The notes beneath the pieces were generated by a model. The model saw only the letters and a program-made list of their open reading frames with translations. It was not told where the DNA came from and ran no database searches. A stretch of 64,000 nt of DNA from a virus (lineage: Duplodnaviria > Caudoviricetes): positions 22,286 through 86,285 of the IMG/VR virus record IMGVR_UViG_2846856033_000001; one strand, 5' to 3'. The position numbers were made by a program, and so were the translations under genes. Of the stretch, positions 20,039 to 28,257 are shown piece after piece (within the stretch, counting starts at the first letter, position 1; each line of letters starts with the position of its first letter).

Positions 20039-21259
20039 TTATTCGTTTGCCTGTTTACGCAACCGGTGCGCCCGTTGTGCCGCGGCGTTCCGGCAGGAGT
20101 CCTCGCAGTATTTTCGATGAGCCGATGTGGTTTTAACAAGGAACGACCTGTCGCAGTTCGGGTTTTGGCACTTGCGGTAAAGCTCGACGCCGGGGCGCAT
20201 AAAGAAAATAGAAACGTAAATGCCCGTGAGCATATCCTGTATCTCCCACGCGGGGGACATCGTTTCAACGTCGTATCGCGGGCGCATACCTTCGAGGTTA
20301 TATCCGACCTCGTCGCGTACCACGGCTTTCGCCATCGTGAGCAGCGATTCCTTCATCCTGTCGCTGAAGCTCGCAGCGTAGCGTATACTGACGTTCTCGT
20401 CAGTGTCAAAAAACTCAATATCGCCAGCTGGCGTGAATCCCTTTATGATGGCGATTGAGTGCTGGAAATGGAAGAGGAAGTCTACCGAGCGGCGTAGCTC
20501 CGGCGACAGGCGTGGGGCGTTAAGGTACATCCGCGCGATGTCTTTATACAACTGAGATTGGGCAGCGCCGGGGGTGACCGCGTCGAAGCCACCGACGATA
20601 TTGCCGTACTCCTCGATGTTAAGCTCAAACACCGGGCTAAAAATCGTATCGGGGACGCTGTAGCTTACCGCGTCATATGGCAACGTGGACTGATTCGGCT
20701 GCGGAAAAGCGGAAGCCCTGGCGAGTTCGGTAAACAGTGCGTGTTCGCAGGTTGGGCATGGACTGCCGCCGAAGCACTCAAACGCCAGGACTACCGGCTG
20801 GGTGAGCTGCAGGAACAGCATCAGACCGAGTATCCGCTTATAATCCTTCCGCGCTTCGCCGAGCGCGCTGATTAGCCGGACGACCGCCTTGACGCGGTTT
20901 ATCAAGCCGTGCAGCGGCTCGACCTCGATAGCTTCATATCCATCGGTGCTTACTGGAAAGAAGAATCCGTAATTCTTAAAGAACGCGAATAGCTTCTTTG
21001 TGTTACCATCCGGTATTGCCAGCAGCTCCGTCAGGATACGGTCGCTGTTTATAGCGCCGGTTTGAGCCAGACGTACCATGCCCCGGCTCGGCGCGAAAGC
21101 GAACCTGACCGGGCTGTTTGCGAGACCCTGAATCTTGACCGTCTCCTTAACGACGCCCGGTCTCACGTTCTCAATATCCGTCACGCAGTCGCAGCCGAAA
21201 CTCTCGAACGTGAACAGATTGCCGGTGAGTGAAAAAAACCTCTCGTTTGGGATGTCCAT
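20039..21259 (-). CDS. CGNR zinc-finger domain protein, putative regulator divergent from the phage early operon
   Basis: C-terminal RKCQNPNCDRSF...RKYCEDSCRNAAAQRAHR; GGAGGG RBS before ATG 21259. Confidence 0.75.
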   Translation of the reverse strand: MDIPNERFFSLTGNLFTFESFGCDCVTDIENVRPGVVKETVKIQGLANSPVRFAFAPSRGMVRLAQTGAINSDRILTELLAIPDGNTKKLFAFFKNYGFFFPVSTDGYEAIEVEPLHGLINRVKAVVRLISALGEARKDYKRILGLMLFLQLTQPVVLAFECFGGSPCPTCEHALFTELARASAFPQPNQSTLPYDAVSYSVPDTIFSPVFELNIEEYGNIVGGFDAVTPGAAQSQLYKDIARMYLNAPRLSPELRRSVDFLFHFQHSIAIIKGFTPAGDIEFFDTDENVSIRYAASFSDRMKESLLTMAKAVVRDEVGYNLEGMRPRYDVETMSPAWEIQDMLTGIYVSIFFMRPGVELYRKCQNPNCDRSFLVKTTSAHRKYCEDSCRNAAAQRAHRLRKQANE

Positions 21260-21528
21260 AGCTGCGCCCTCCAAAGCGGGAAAGTAATGTATTTCGTAAG
21301 TGATACTGAGATAACAAAGCTTGCAATAACTCGTATCATAATCATATACGCCATTATATTCCATATGGGTAATTTGTGCAATAAGTAATTATGAATTTTC
21401 ATTGAAATGTAATTGTATTTCTGATAGATTCGCTTATTTATCGAATTGTTTTAAACTGGTATCAGTTGGAGGACAAGCCCCTCCACTGGTACCAGTTTTA
21501 GTTTTATCGAAGGGAGGACACCCGCTTA

Positions 21529-21675
21529 ATGAACGAAGTCATCAACCTTGACCAAAAGCGCGTGTGTGACATCAGCGACGACAAAAAGATTATCGAGATT
21601 CGAAAAAAGGGCTGTGTCACGAGAATAACGGCGAAGCCGGATGGGACTCTCAAAATTACTCACGAATGCATGTAA
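21529..21675 (+). CDS. 48-aa leader protein (not in the ORF track)
   Basis: AGGGAGG RBS; MNEVINLDQKRVCDISDDKKIIEIRKKGCVTRITAKPDGTLKITHECM. Confidence 0.65.
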   Translation: MNEVINLDQKRVCDISDDKKIIEIRKKGCVTRITAKPDGTLKITHECM

Positions 21676-21715
21676 CCGCGATGGAATAGTATCTCAACTT
21701 TTCAAATGAATACGC

Positions 21716-21819
21716 GAAATCCGCCAGAACGCACGACGGCAGAGCGGAATCCCCAGTAAGGGGGTTCACCTGTCGTCTTGTTTCGTTTTTAAGCGGATTC
21801 AACGGCTCCGGCGGATTTC
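21716..21819 (+). ncRNA. Candidate structured leader RNA of the sigma-like gene
   Basis: Nested stems GAAATCCGCC/GGCGGATTTC, GACGGCAG/CTGTCGTC and GAATCCCC/GGGGGTTC, with G-U pairs. Confidence 0.5.
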
Positions 21820-21849
21820 AGAAATTTCTGAAAATCAAAGGAGTCGAAT

Positions 21850-22311
21850 ATGGAAAATCAACGTTTTATCGAAATCGACGGTCAACAAATTCCTGTAACC
21901 GAGGAAATCTACCGCGCCTACAAACGCCCGGCATGGGCTGAACACAAGCAAAAAGAACGAGCTAAGCGGTGCCGCGATGAAAATGGATACCGTTGCACTA
22001 AAGATTGTAAATCATGCCCCAAACTTCGCGATGGAGGAGACCTTTCATTGGACAAGTTCTCGGACGACGGTTTTGATGTCGCCGACCAGGTCGATGTGGC
22101 CGAGCTCGTGGCGGACAAGCTGGTCCTCGAACTGCTTGCGGCCGCCCTTTACGACTTGGAGCCGGACGAGAGGTCGCTCATCAATGCGCTGTTTTACAGG
22201 GAACGTACCGAGCGTGACTACGCCGCCGAAATCGGTGTCTCCCATCAGGCGATCGGAAAGCGTAAGCAAAAGGTCATAGAAAAACTGCGCGGCATTATGG
22301 GCGTGGAATAA
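21850..22311 (+). CDS. Phage sigma-70 region-4 / ECF-like factor with Cys4 motif
   Basis: IPVTEEIYRAY, CRD...CTKDCKSC, region-4 HTH TERDYAAEIGVSHQAIGKRK. Confidence 0.8.
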   Translation: MENQRFIEIDGQQIPVTEEIYRAYKRPAWAEHKQKERAKRCRDENGYRCTKDCKSCPKLRDGGDLSLDKFSDDGFDVADQVDVAELVADKLVLELLAAALYDLEPDERSLINALFYRERTERDYAAEIGVSHQAIGKRKQKVIEKLRGIMGVE

Positions 22312-22325
22312 AAACACCTGACCTT

Positions 22326-22367
22326 GGTTGCCAACCCTCCTCTCGCTGTCCTGTGGATGGTGAGGGG
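22326..22367 (+). promoter_or_regulatory. Conserved 42-bp element, copy 1
   Basis: GGTTGCCAAccctcctCTCGCTGTCCTGTGGATGGTGAGGGG. Confidence 0.85.
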
Positions 22368-22401
22368 AGAACGATCTCCCCTGGAAACGGAGGCAGACCT
22401 T

Positions 22402-22584
22402 ATGCAAACAAAGGCAAACAACACGGACACAGACTTGCGAGACGGCGATCTTGACGAGGAACTCGCCGGTATCCTCACCGCAATAAGCATCGTGTCCAAA
22501 CGGCTCGCCAAGAAACTGCTCGCGCTTCAAAGGCGGGACGGAACAACCGAGGAAGGGGGAAGCACAGATGAGCAAGATGAGTGA
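22402..22584 (+). CDS. Small phage protein
   Basis: CGGAGG RBS; DEELAGILTAISIVSKRLA helix. Confidence 0.7.
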   Translation: MQTKANNTDTDLRDGDLDEELAGILTAISIVSKRLAKKLLALQRRDGTTEEGGSTDEQDE

Positions 22585-22927
22585 ACTCGACCTTTGCATC
22601 GGCGAGTTGCGGAATGCCGCAAAGTCGCTGACGGTTTTGGCGGACAATCTGGCGGCATTGTTCGGTGGGAGCGGCGATGCGGAATTCGAAACCCCAGCGA
22701 AAGCGTCTACGGCGTCAGCACAATCCCAGCCATCCCCAAAGGCCGTCACGCTGGAGCAGGTGCGAGCTATCCTCGCCGAAAAGTCCCGCAGCGGACATAC
22801 CGCCGAGGTTCGGGAATTGCTCCTGAAGCATGGCGCGGCGAAGCTGTCGGATATTGACCCGGCGGAGTTTGATGCCCTGCTTGGGGATGCAGTCACCATC
22901 GGACTCGGGGAGGACGAAGATGGGTAA
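22568..22927 (+). CDS. Phage replication-module hypothetical protein
   Basis: 119 aa; TLEQVRAILAEKSR...LLKHGAAKLS. Confidence 0.75.
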   Translation: MSKMSELDLCIGELRNAAKSLTVLADNLAALFGGSGDAEFETPAKASTASAQSQPSPKAVTLEQVRAILAEKSRSGHTAEVRELLLKHGAAKLSDIDPAEFDALLGDAVTIGLGEDEDG

Positions 22928-24053
22928 ACACGCGCTCCTCTCGGCTTCCTCAAGTCACCGATGGCTCAACTGTCCGCCGTCCGCTCGGCTCTGTGAGCAA
23001 TACGAGGACAATGGCAGCGACTACGCCGCCGAGGGTACGGATGCCCACTCCCTTGGTGAGTACAAGCTTAAAACAGCACTCGGCATTAAAGCAAAAGACC
23101 CGACCGCCAACCTGACCTACTACTCCGAGGAGATGGAGGAATGTGCCGCCGGTTACGCCGCTTACATCCTCGAACTGCTGGAGACAGCAAAGCAGACCTG
23201 CACCGATCCTGTTGTACTTATTGAGCAGCGGCTCGACTTCTCTAAGTATGTGGAGGGCGGTTTCGGTACCGGCGACTGCGTGATAATCGCGGACGGGACG
23301 CTCCACATCGTGGACTATAAACACGGTCAGGGCGTTCTGGTGGAAGCAACTGATAATCCGCAAATGAAGCTGTATGCCTTGGGTACTTTGGAGTTGTTCG
23401 ACGGCATCTACGACATCGACAAGGTGTCGATGACCATCTATCAGCCCCGCCGAGACAATGTCAGCACCCACACGGTTTTCAAGGAATCGATCTACCAATG
23501 GGCGGAAGAAGTCTTAAAACCGACCGCCGAAATTGCCTACGCAGGCGGCGGCGAGTACAACTGCGGCGAATGGTGCCAGTTCTGCAAGGCTAAGCAAGAA
23601 TGCCGAAAACGAGCCGAGCGGAATATGGAACTCGCCAAGCTCGAATTCAAATGCCCGCCGTTGCTGGAGGACGACGAAATCGAATCCATTCTCGGTAAAA
23701 TAGACGACCTCATCTCATGGGCTTCCGACATCAAGGACTACGCCCTGCAGGCCGCCCTCGGTGGAAAACGGTGGTTCGGTTGGAAGGTCGTCGAGGGTAA
23801 GAGCAACCGCAAATATGTCAACGAAAATGCCGTCGCCCAGACAGTTCAATCCGCAGGTTACGACCCTTACGAACACAAGGTGATGGGCATCACCGCAATG
23901 GAAAAAGCTCTCGGAAAAACCCGGTTCGCCGATTTGCTCGGCGGTCTGGTCGAGAAGCCGCAAGGCAAACCGACGCTCGTGCCGGAGGGCGACAAACGTC
24001 CGGCAATCAATACTGCCAAAAACGATTTTATGGAGGTAAATACCAATGGCTAA
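22920..24053 (+). CDS. DUF2800 Cas4-like / PD-(D/E)xK exonuclease
   Basis: HALLSASSSHRWLNCPPS, EGTDAH, FGTGD...DYKHG, WCQFC...C. Confidence 0.88.
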   Translation: MGKHALLSASSSHRWLNCPPSARLCEQYEDNGSDYAAEGTDAHSLGEYKLKTALGIKAKDPTANLTYYSEEMEECAAGYAAYILELLETAKQTCTDPVVLIEQRLDFSKYVEGGFGTGDCVIIADGTLHIVDYKHGQGVLVEATDNPQMKLYALGTLELFDGIYDIDKVSMTIYQPRRDNVSTHTVFKESIYQWAEEVLKPTAEIAYAGGGEYNCGEWCQFCKAKQECRKRAERNMELAKLEFKCPPLLEDDEIESILGKIDDLISWASDIKDYALQAALGGKRWFGWKVVEGKSNRKYVNENAVAQTVQSAGYDPYEHKVMGITAMEKALGKTRFADLLGGLVEKPQGKPTLVPEGDKRPAINTAKNDFMEVNTNG

Positions 24054-24636
24054 TCAAACAATGAACCGCAAAAACCCGAATCCCACCCCGAACCCGACCA
24101 AGGTCATCACAGGCGAAGCCAGACTCTCCTACGCAAACCTGTGGGAGCCGAAATCCATAAACGGCGGCACGCCGAAATACTCAGTCAGCATCATCATTCC
24201 AAAGAGCGACGCACACACTGTCGCCAAGATTAAGGCGGCGATTGAAGCGGCATACCACGAGGGCGAGACCAAGCTGAAAGGTAATGGCAAGACTGTTCCA
24301 CCCCTCGCTTCCCTCAAAACTCCGCTCCGCGACGGCGACATCGACCGACCCGACGACGAAGCCTACGCCGACAGCTATTTCATTAACGCCAACAGCGGCA
24401 CGGCGCCCGGTATCGTCGACCATGACTGTGAGACCATTTTCGAACGCTCCCAGATTTACAGCGGCGTATACGCAAGAGCCAGTGTAAACTTTTACGCTTT
24501 CAACTCGAACGGCAACAAGGGCATCGCCTGCGGGCTGAACAACATCCAGAAACTGCGCGACGGCGATCCGCTCGGCGGCAAGCCCAGGGCCGAAGACGAT
24601 TTCGCGACCGAAGACGATGAAGACTTCCTCGGCTAA
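24046..24636 (+). CDS. DUF2815 ssDNA-binding protein (T7 gp2.5-like)
   Basis: RLSYANLWEP, PLRDGD, YSGVYAR, GLNNIQK, acidic tail DDEDFL. Confidence 0.88.
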   Translation: MANQTMNRKNPNPTPNPTKVITGEARLSYANLWEPKSINGGTPKYSVSIIIPKSDAHTVAKIKAAIEAAYHEGETKLKGNGKTVPPLASLKTPLRDGDIDRPDDEAYADSYFINANSGTAPGIVDHDCETIFERSQIYSGVYARASVNFYAFNSNGNKGIACGLNNIQKLRDGDPLGGKPRAEDDFATEDDEDFLG

Positions 24637-24701
24637 CCACACTACACAGGACTCCAGAAGGCGGCGGGAAACTTGCCGCCTTCTTGCCTTATGGAGGGCT
24701 T

Positions 24702-26696
24702 ATGAAAACACTGTCAATCGATATCGAAACCTTTTCCAGCACCGACCTGAACAAGTGCGGTGTGTATAAATATGCTGAGTCACCGGATTTTGAGATTCTG
24801 CTGTTTGGCTATTCCGTGGACGGATGCGAGGTACAGGTCGTGGACTCCACGGAAGGCGAAACGCTTCCGTTCGAAGTCCTCGACGCTCTAACCAACGATG
24901 ATGTGCTGAAATGGGCGTTCAATGCTAATTTTGAGCGGGTATGCCTGTCGCGTTACTTATCTGATATGGGCATATCCCTTGACCCATTCGCTGATAGCCA
25001 CTGCTCATCTCAATACCTTGGTAAGTCGAAATACCTAAACCCCAAATCGTGGCGTTGCTCTATGGTGTGGTCGGCGTATATGGGCTTGCCGCTTTCGCTT
25101 GAAGGTGCGGGAGCTGTCTTGGGCTTGGAGAAACAGAAGCTGACCGAAGGCAAGGAACTAATCCGCTATTTCTGCAAGCCGTGCGCCGCAACCGCCGTCA
25201 ACGGACAGCGAACACGCAACTTTCATGACCACGCCCCCGATAAGTGGGCGGCCTTTAAGGCATACAACCATCGCGACGTGGAAGCGGAGATGTCAATACA
25301 GCAGCGGCTCGTAAACTTTCCCGTGCCGGAGAGCGTCTGGGACGAATACGCCCTTGACCAAGAAATCAACGACCGTGGCGTGGCTCTGGATATGGTTCTG
25401 GTACGAAACGCTATCGCTGCCGACGCCCGTTCAAAGGCCGGACTCACCCGTATGATGAAAGAAATCACGGAACTGAGCAACCCGAATTCCGTGCAGCAGA
25501 TGAAGCAATGGCTCTCGGAAAACGGCATGGAAACCGATACCCTTGGTAAAAAGGCGGTCACTGAAATGTTAAAAAACGCGCCGGAGCCCCTCGGTCGGGC
25601 TTTGTCGCTACGCCAGCAGTTGGCAAAATCCTCGGTCAAAAAATATCAGACGATGGAGAACGCCGTCTGCACTGATGGGCGGGCAAGAGGCATGTTCCAG
25701 TTTTATGGCGCCAACCGAACCGGCAGATGGGCCGGGCGGCTGATTCAGATGCAAAACCTCCCGCAGAATCACTTACCCGACCTCGAACAGGCGCGGGCAT
25801 TGGTGCGAAACGGCGACTTTGCCGCTTTGGAAATGCTCTACGATTCCGTGCCGGAAGTTTTGTCTGAGCTCATTCGCACGGCGTTCGTGCCGAAACCGGA
25901 TCACAAATTTATCGTAGCGGACTTCTCGGCGATTGAAGCCCGCGTCATTGCGTGGTTTGCCGGGGAGCGTTGGCGCAACGAGGTCTTTGCCACCCACGGC
26001 AAGATTTACGAAGCGTCCGCAAGCCAGATGTTTCATGTCCCGATCGAGGAAGTCACTAAAGGCTCGCCTTTACGCCAAAAAGGCAAAATCGCGGAACTCG
26101 CCCTCGGTTATGGCGGCTCGGTCGGCGCGCTCAAAGCGATGGGCGCGTTGGAGATGGGCTTGCAAGAGGACGAGTTACAACCACTCGTCACAGCGTGGCG
26201 GGCATCAAACCCAAACATAGTCCGGCTCTGGTGGGATGTGGACAAAGCGGCTATGACGGCGGTCAGGGACAGGACCGTCACCGAAACCCATGGCGTCCGT
26301 TTCGGCGTTCAGAGCGGAATGCTTTTTATCACCCTGCCTTCGGGGCGGCGGCTCTCCTATGTGAAGCCACGTATCGGCACAAACCAATTCGGTTCGTCTT
26401 GCGTGACCTACGAGGGTGTTGGCGGTACGAAAAAGTGGGAGCGGCTTGAAAGCTACGGGCCCAAATTCGTGGAGAACATCGTGCAGGCAACAAGCCGCGA
26501 CATTCTTTGTTTTGCGATGCAGGCGCAGCGGTGCTGCAATATTGTGATGCACGTCCACGACGAAATGGTCGTCGAAGCCGACCGCCGTATGTCAGCCAAG
26601 GTTTTATGCGAACAGATGAGTTGCACCCCGCCCTGGGCAGAGGGGCTTCTGCTCCGTGCCGATGGGTACGATTGCCCATTTTATAAAAAAGATTAA
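24702..26696 (+). CDS. Phage family A DNA polymerase
   Basis: Exonuclease IDIET/FNANFE; motif A DFSAIEAR, motif B RQKGKIAELALGYG, motif C HVHDE. Confidence 0.95.
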   Translation: MKTLSIDIETFSSTDLNKCGVYKYAESPDFEILLFGYSVDGCEVQVVDSTEGETLPFEVLDALTNDDVLKWAFNANFERVCLSRYLSDMGISLDPFADSHCSSQYLGKSKYLNPKSWRCSMVWSAYMGLPLSLEGAGAVLGLEKQKLTEGKELIRYFCKPCAATAVNGQRTRNFHDHAPDKWAAFKAYNHRDVEAEMSIQQRLVNFPVPESVWDEYALDQEINDRGVALDMVLVRNAIAADARSKAGLTRMMKEITELSNPNSVQQMKQWLSENGMETDTLGKKAVTEMLKNAPEPLGRALSLRQQLAKSSVKKYQTMENAVCTDGRARGMFQFYGANRTGRWAGRLIQMQNLPQNHLPDLEQARALVRNGDFAALEMLYDSVPEVLSELIRTAFVPKPDHKFIVADFSAIEARVIAWFAGERWRNEVFATHGKIYEASASQMFHVPIEEVTKGSPLRQKGKIAELALGYGGSVGALKAMGALEMGLQEDELQPLVTAWRASNPNIVRLWWDVDKAAMTAVRDRTVTETHGVRFGVQSGMLFITLPSGRRLSYVKPRIGTNQFGSSCVTYEGVGGTKKWERLESYGPKFVENIVQATSRDILCFAMQAQRCCNIVMHVHDEMVVEADRRMSAKVLCEQMSCTPPWAEGLLLRADGYDCPFYKKD

Positions 26697-26702
26697 TTGC
26701 CC

Positions 26703-26744
26703 GGTTGCCAAACTGCCCCTCGCTGTCCTGTGGATGGTGAGGGG
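26703..26744 (+). promoter_or_regulatory. Conserved 42-bp element, copy 2
   Basis: GGTTGCCAAactgcccCTCGCTGTCCTGTGGATGGTGAGGGG. Confidence 0.85.
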
Positions 26745-26785
26745 TTCACAGCCTCTCGGAAAAATCTATTTTCAGGAGGTTTGGT

Positions 26786-27565
26786 ATGAACGAATTACAA
26801 GTGTTCTCCTACGAGGGGAACGAAATTAGGACGGTGCACCAGGGCGACGAAACACTCTGGGTGCTGAAAGATGTGTGCGATGTGCTTGGGCTGTCGGACA
26901 CGAACAAGGTGGCGGAGCGTTTGGACGGCGATGAGCTGACCCGAATCAAATTCGTGTCAGGTGGTCAGACTCGTGAAATGTATGCCGTCAGCGAAAGCGG
27001 TCTCTACAACGTCATCCTCCGCTCCGAAAAGCCCGAAGCTAAAAGGTTCAAACGCTGGGTCACCCACGAAGTGCTTCCGACCATCCGCAAGCACGGTGTG
27101 TATGTCACTCCCGCCAAGCTGGAAGAGATCATGAACGACCCCGACGCTTGGATTAAGGTGCTGACGACTCTTAAAGCGGAACGTACCGCCAAGGAAAAGC
27201 TTCAGCTGGAAGCTGCCAAGAACGAGCCGAAGGTCGTATTTGCCGACGCCGTGTCGGTGTCCGACGGAACTATCCTCATCGGCGAACTGGCAAAAATCCT
27301 AAAAGGCAACGGCATCGAAATCGGGCAGAACCGCCTGTTCGAGAAACTGCGTCAGGATGGCTACCTCATCAAACGTCAAGGCACGGACTACAACGCCCCG
27401 ACGCAGAGGGCGATGGAATTGGGACTTTTCAAGGTTAAGGAAACTGCCATTACGCACTCCGACGGTCACGTCACCATCAGTAAAACCACAAAGGTCACGG
27501 GCAGAGGTCAGCAATATTTCATCAATCTTTTCCTTGGAAAAGGGGTAACCGAAAATGACAACTGA
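26786..27565 (+). CDS. Phage antirepressor (BRO-N plus KilA-C/ANT)
   Basis: SESGLY...KPEAKRFKRWVTHEVLP; IGELAK...GQNRLF...TKVTGRGQQYF. Confidence 0.92.
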   Translation: MNELQVFSYEGNEIRTVHQGDETLWVLKDVCDVLGLSDTNKVAERLDGDELTRIKFVSGGQTREMYAVSESGLYNVILRSEKPEAKRFKRWVTHEVLPTIRKHGVYVTPAKLEEIMNDPDAWIKVLTTLKAERTAKEKLQLEAAKNEPKVVFADAVSVSDGTILIGELAKILKGNGIEIGQNRLFEKLRQDGYLIKRQGTDYNAPTQRAMELGLFKVKETAITHSDGHVTISKTTKVTGRGQQYFINLFLGKGVTENDN

Positions 27566-27848
27566 AAAAAAGCAAGCCATAAAAACGGCTCTGAGGAAAG
27601 TCGGCAAGGCAGTCTGGTCGGCGCTCCCGTGGGTGTTCATGTGGATTGGGTTGACCTGCTTGTTCTCGCTCCTGCTTATTAGTGCGGATAAAAGCACGGA
27701 ACGAACCAAACAGCTTGCGGCACTTGAAGCTGAGAACGCGAGGTATGAATCGGAAAACGTACGACTTGATGAGGAGGTCAACTGGCTTCGCTCCCTTGTC
27801 GAAAGGATGGAATTTGAGGAGGTTGGCGATGGACAGGCGCAACCATGA
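27555..27848 (+). CDS. Small membrane-anchored coiled-coil protein
   Basis: One hydrophobic helix, then heptads; coupled to both neighbours. Confidence 0.6.
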   Translation: MTTEKKQAIKTALRKVGKAVWSALPWVFMWIGLTCLFSLLLISADKSTERTKQLAALEAENARYESENVRLDEEVNWLRSLVERMEFEEVGDGQAQP

Positions 27849-28257
27849 GGGATATCCCGACCCAACCGCATATGAGACGCTCACCAATGTGGAACGGGAT
27901 GAAAAGGAAGGAAATCCATTTCTGCCACTTGTCTATGTTGCTTCGCCATTCGCTGGTGATACTGAACGGAACACCGAACGGGCGCGGGGCTATTGTAGAT
28001 TTGCGGTCAGCAAGGGGCACATTCCCCTTGCTCCGCATCTGCACTACCCGCAGTTTATGGACGACGGCGACAAGGCGCAGCGGGATCTTGGACTGCGCTT
28101 CGCCCTTATCCTGCTTGGCAAATGCGATGAATTATGGGTTTTCGGTGAGACTGTCAGCGACGGAATGAGGCGCGAGATTTCAAAAGCAAAAAAACGCGGT
28201 ATGCCAATCAGATATTTTAACGGCAGATGCGAGGAGGTTACGCAATGCGAGATCTGA
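27829..28257 (+). CDS. DUF4406-like / nucleoside-deoxyribosyltransferase-fold protein
   Basis: VYVASPFAGD, PLAPHL, CDELWVFG, SDGMRRE. Confidence 0.75.
   Translation: MDRRNHEGYPDPTAYETLTNVERDEKEGNPFLPLVYVASPFAGDTERNTERARGYCRFAVSKGHIPLAPHLHYPQFMDDGDKAQRDLGLRFALILLGKCDELWVFGETVSDGMRREISKAKKRGMPIRYFNGRCEEVTQCEI

Noticed and set aside
22920-24053. Cas4-like proteins (also 3898-5880) as CRISPR adaptation genes
   Set aside because: No cas1/cas2 or array; DUF2800 sits in its usual phage replication context.
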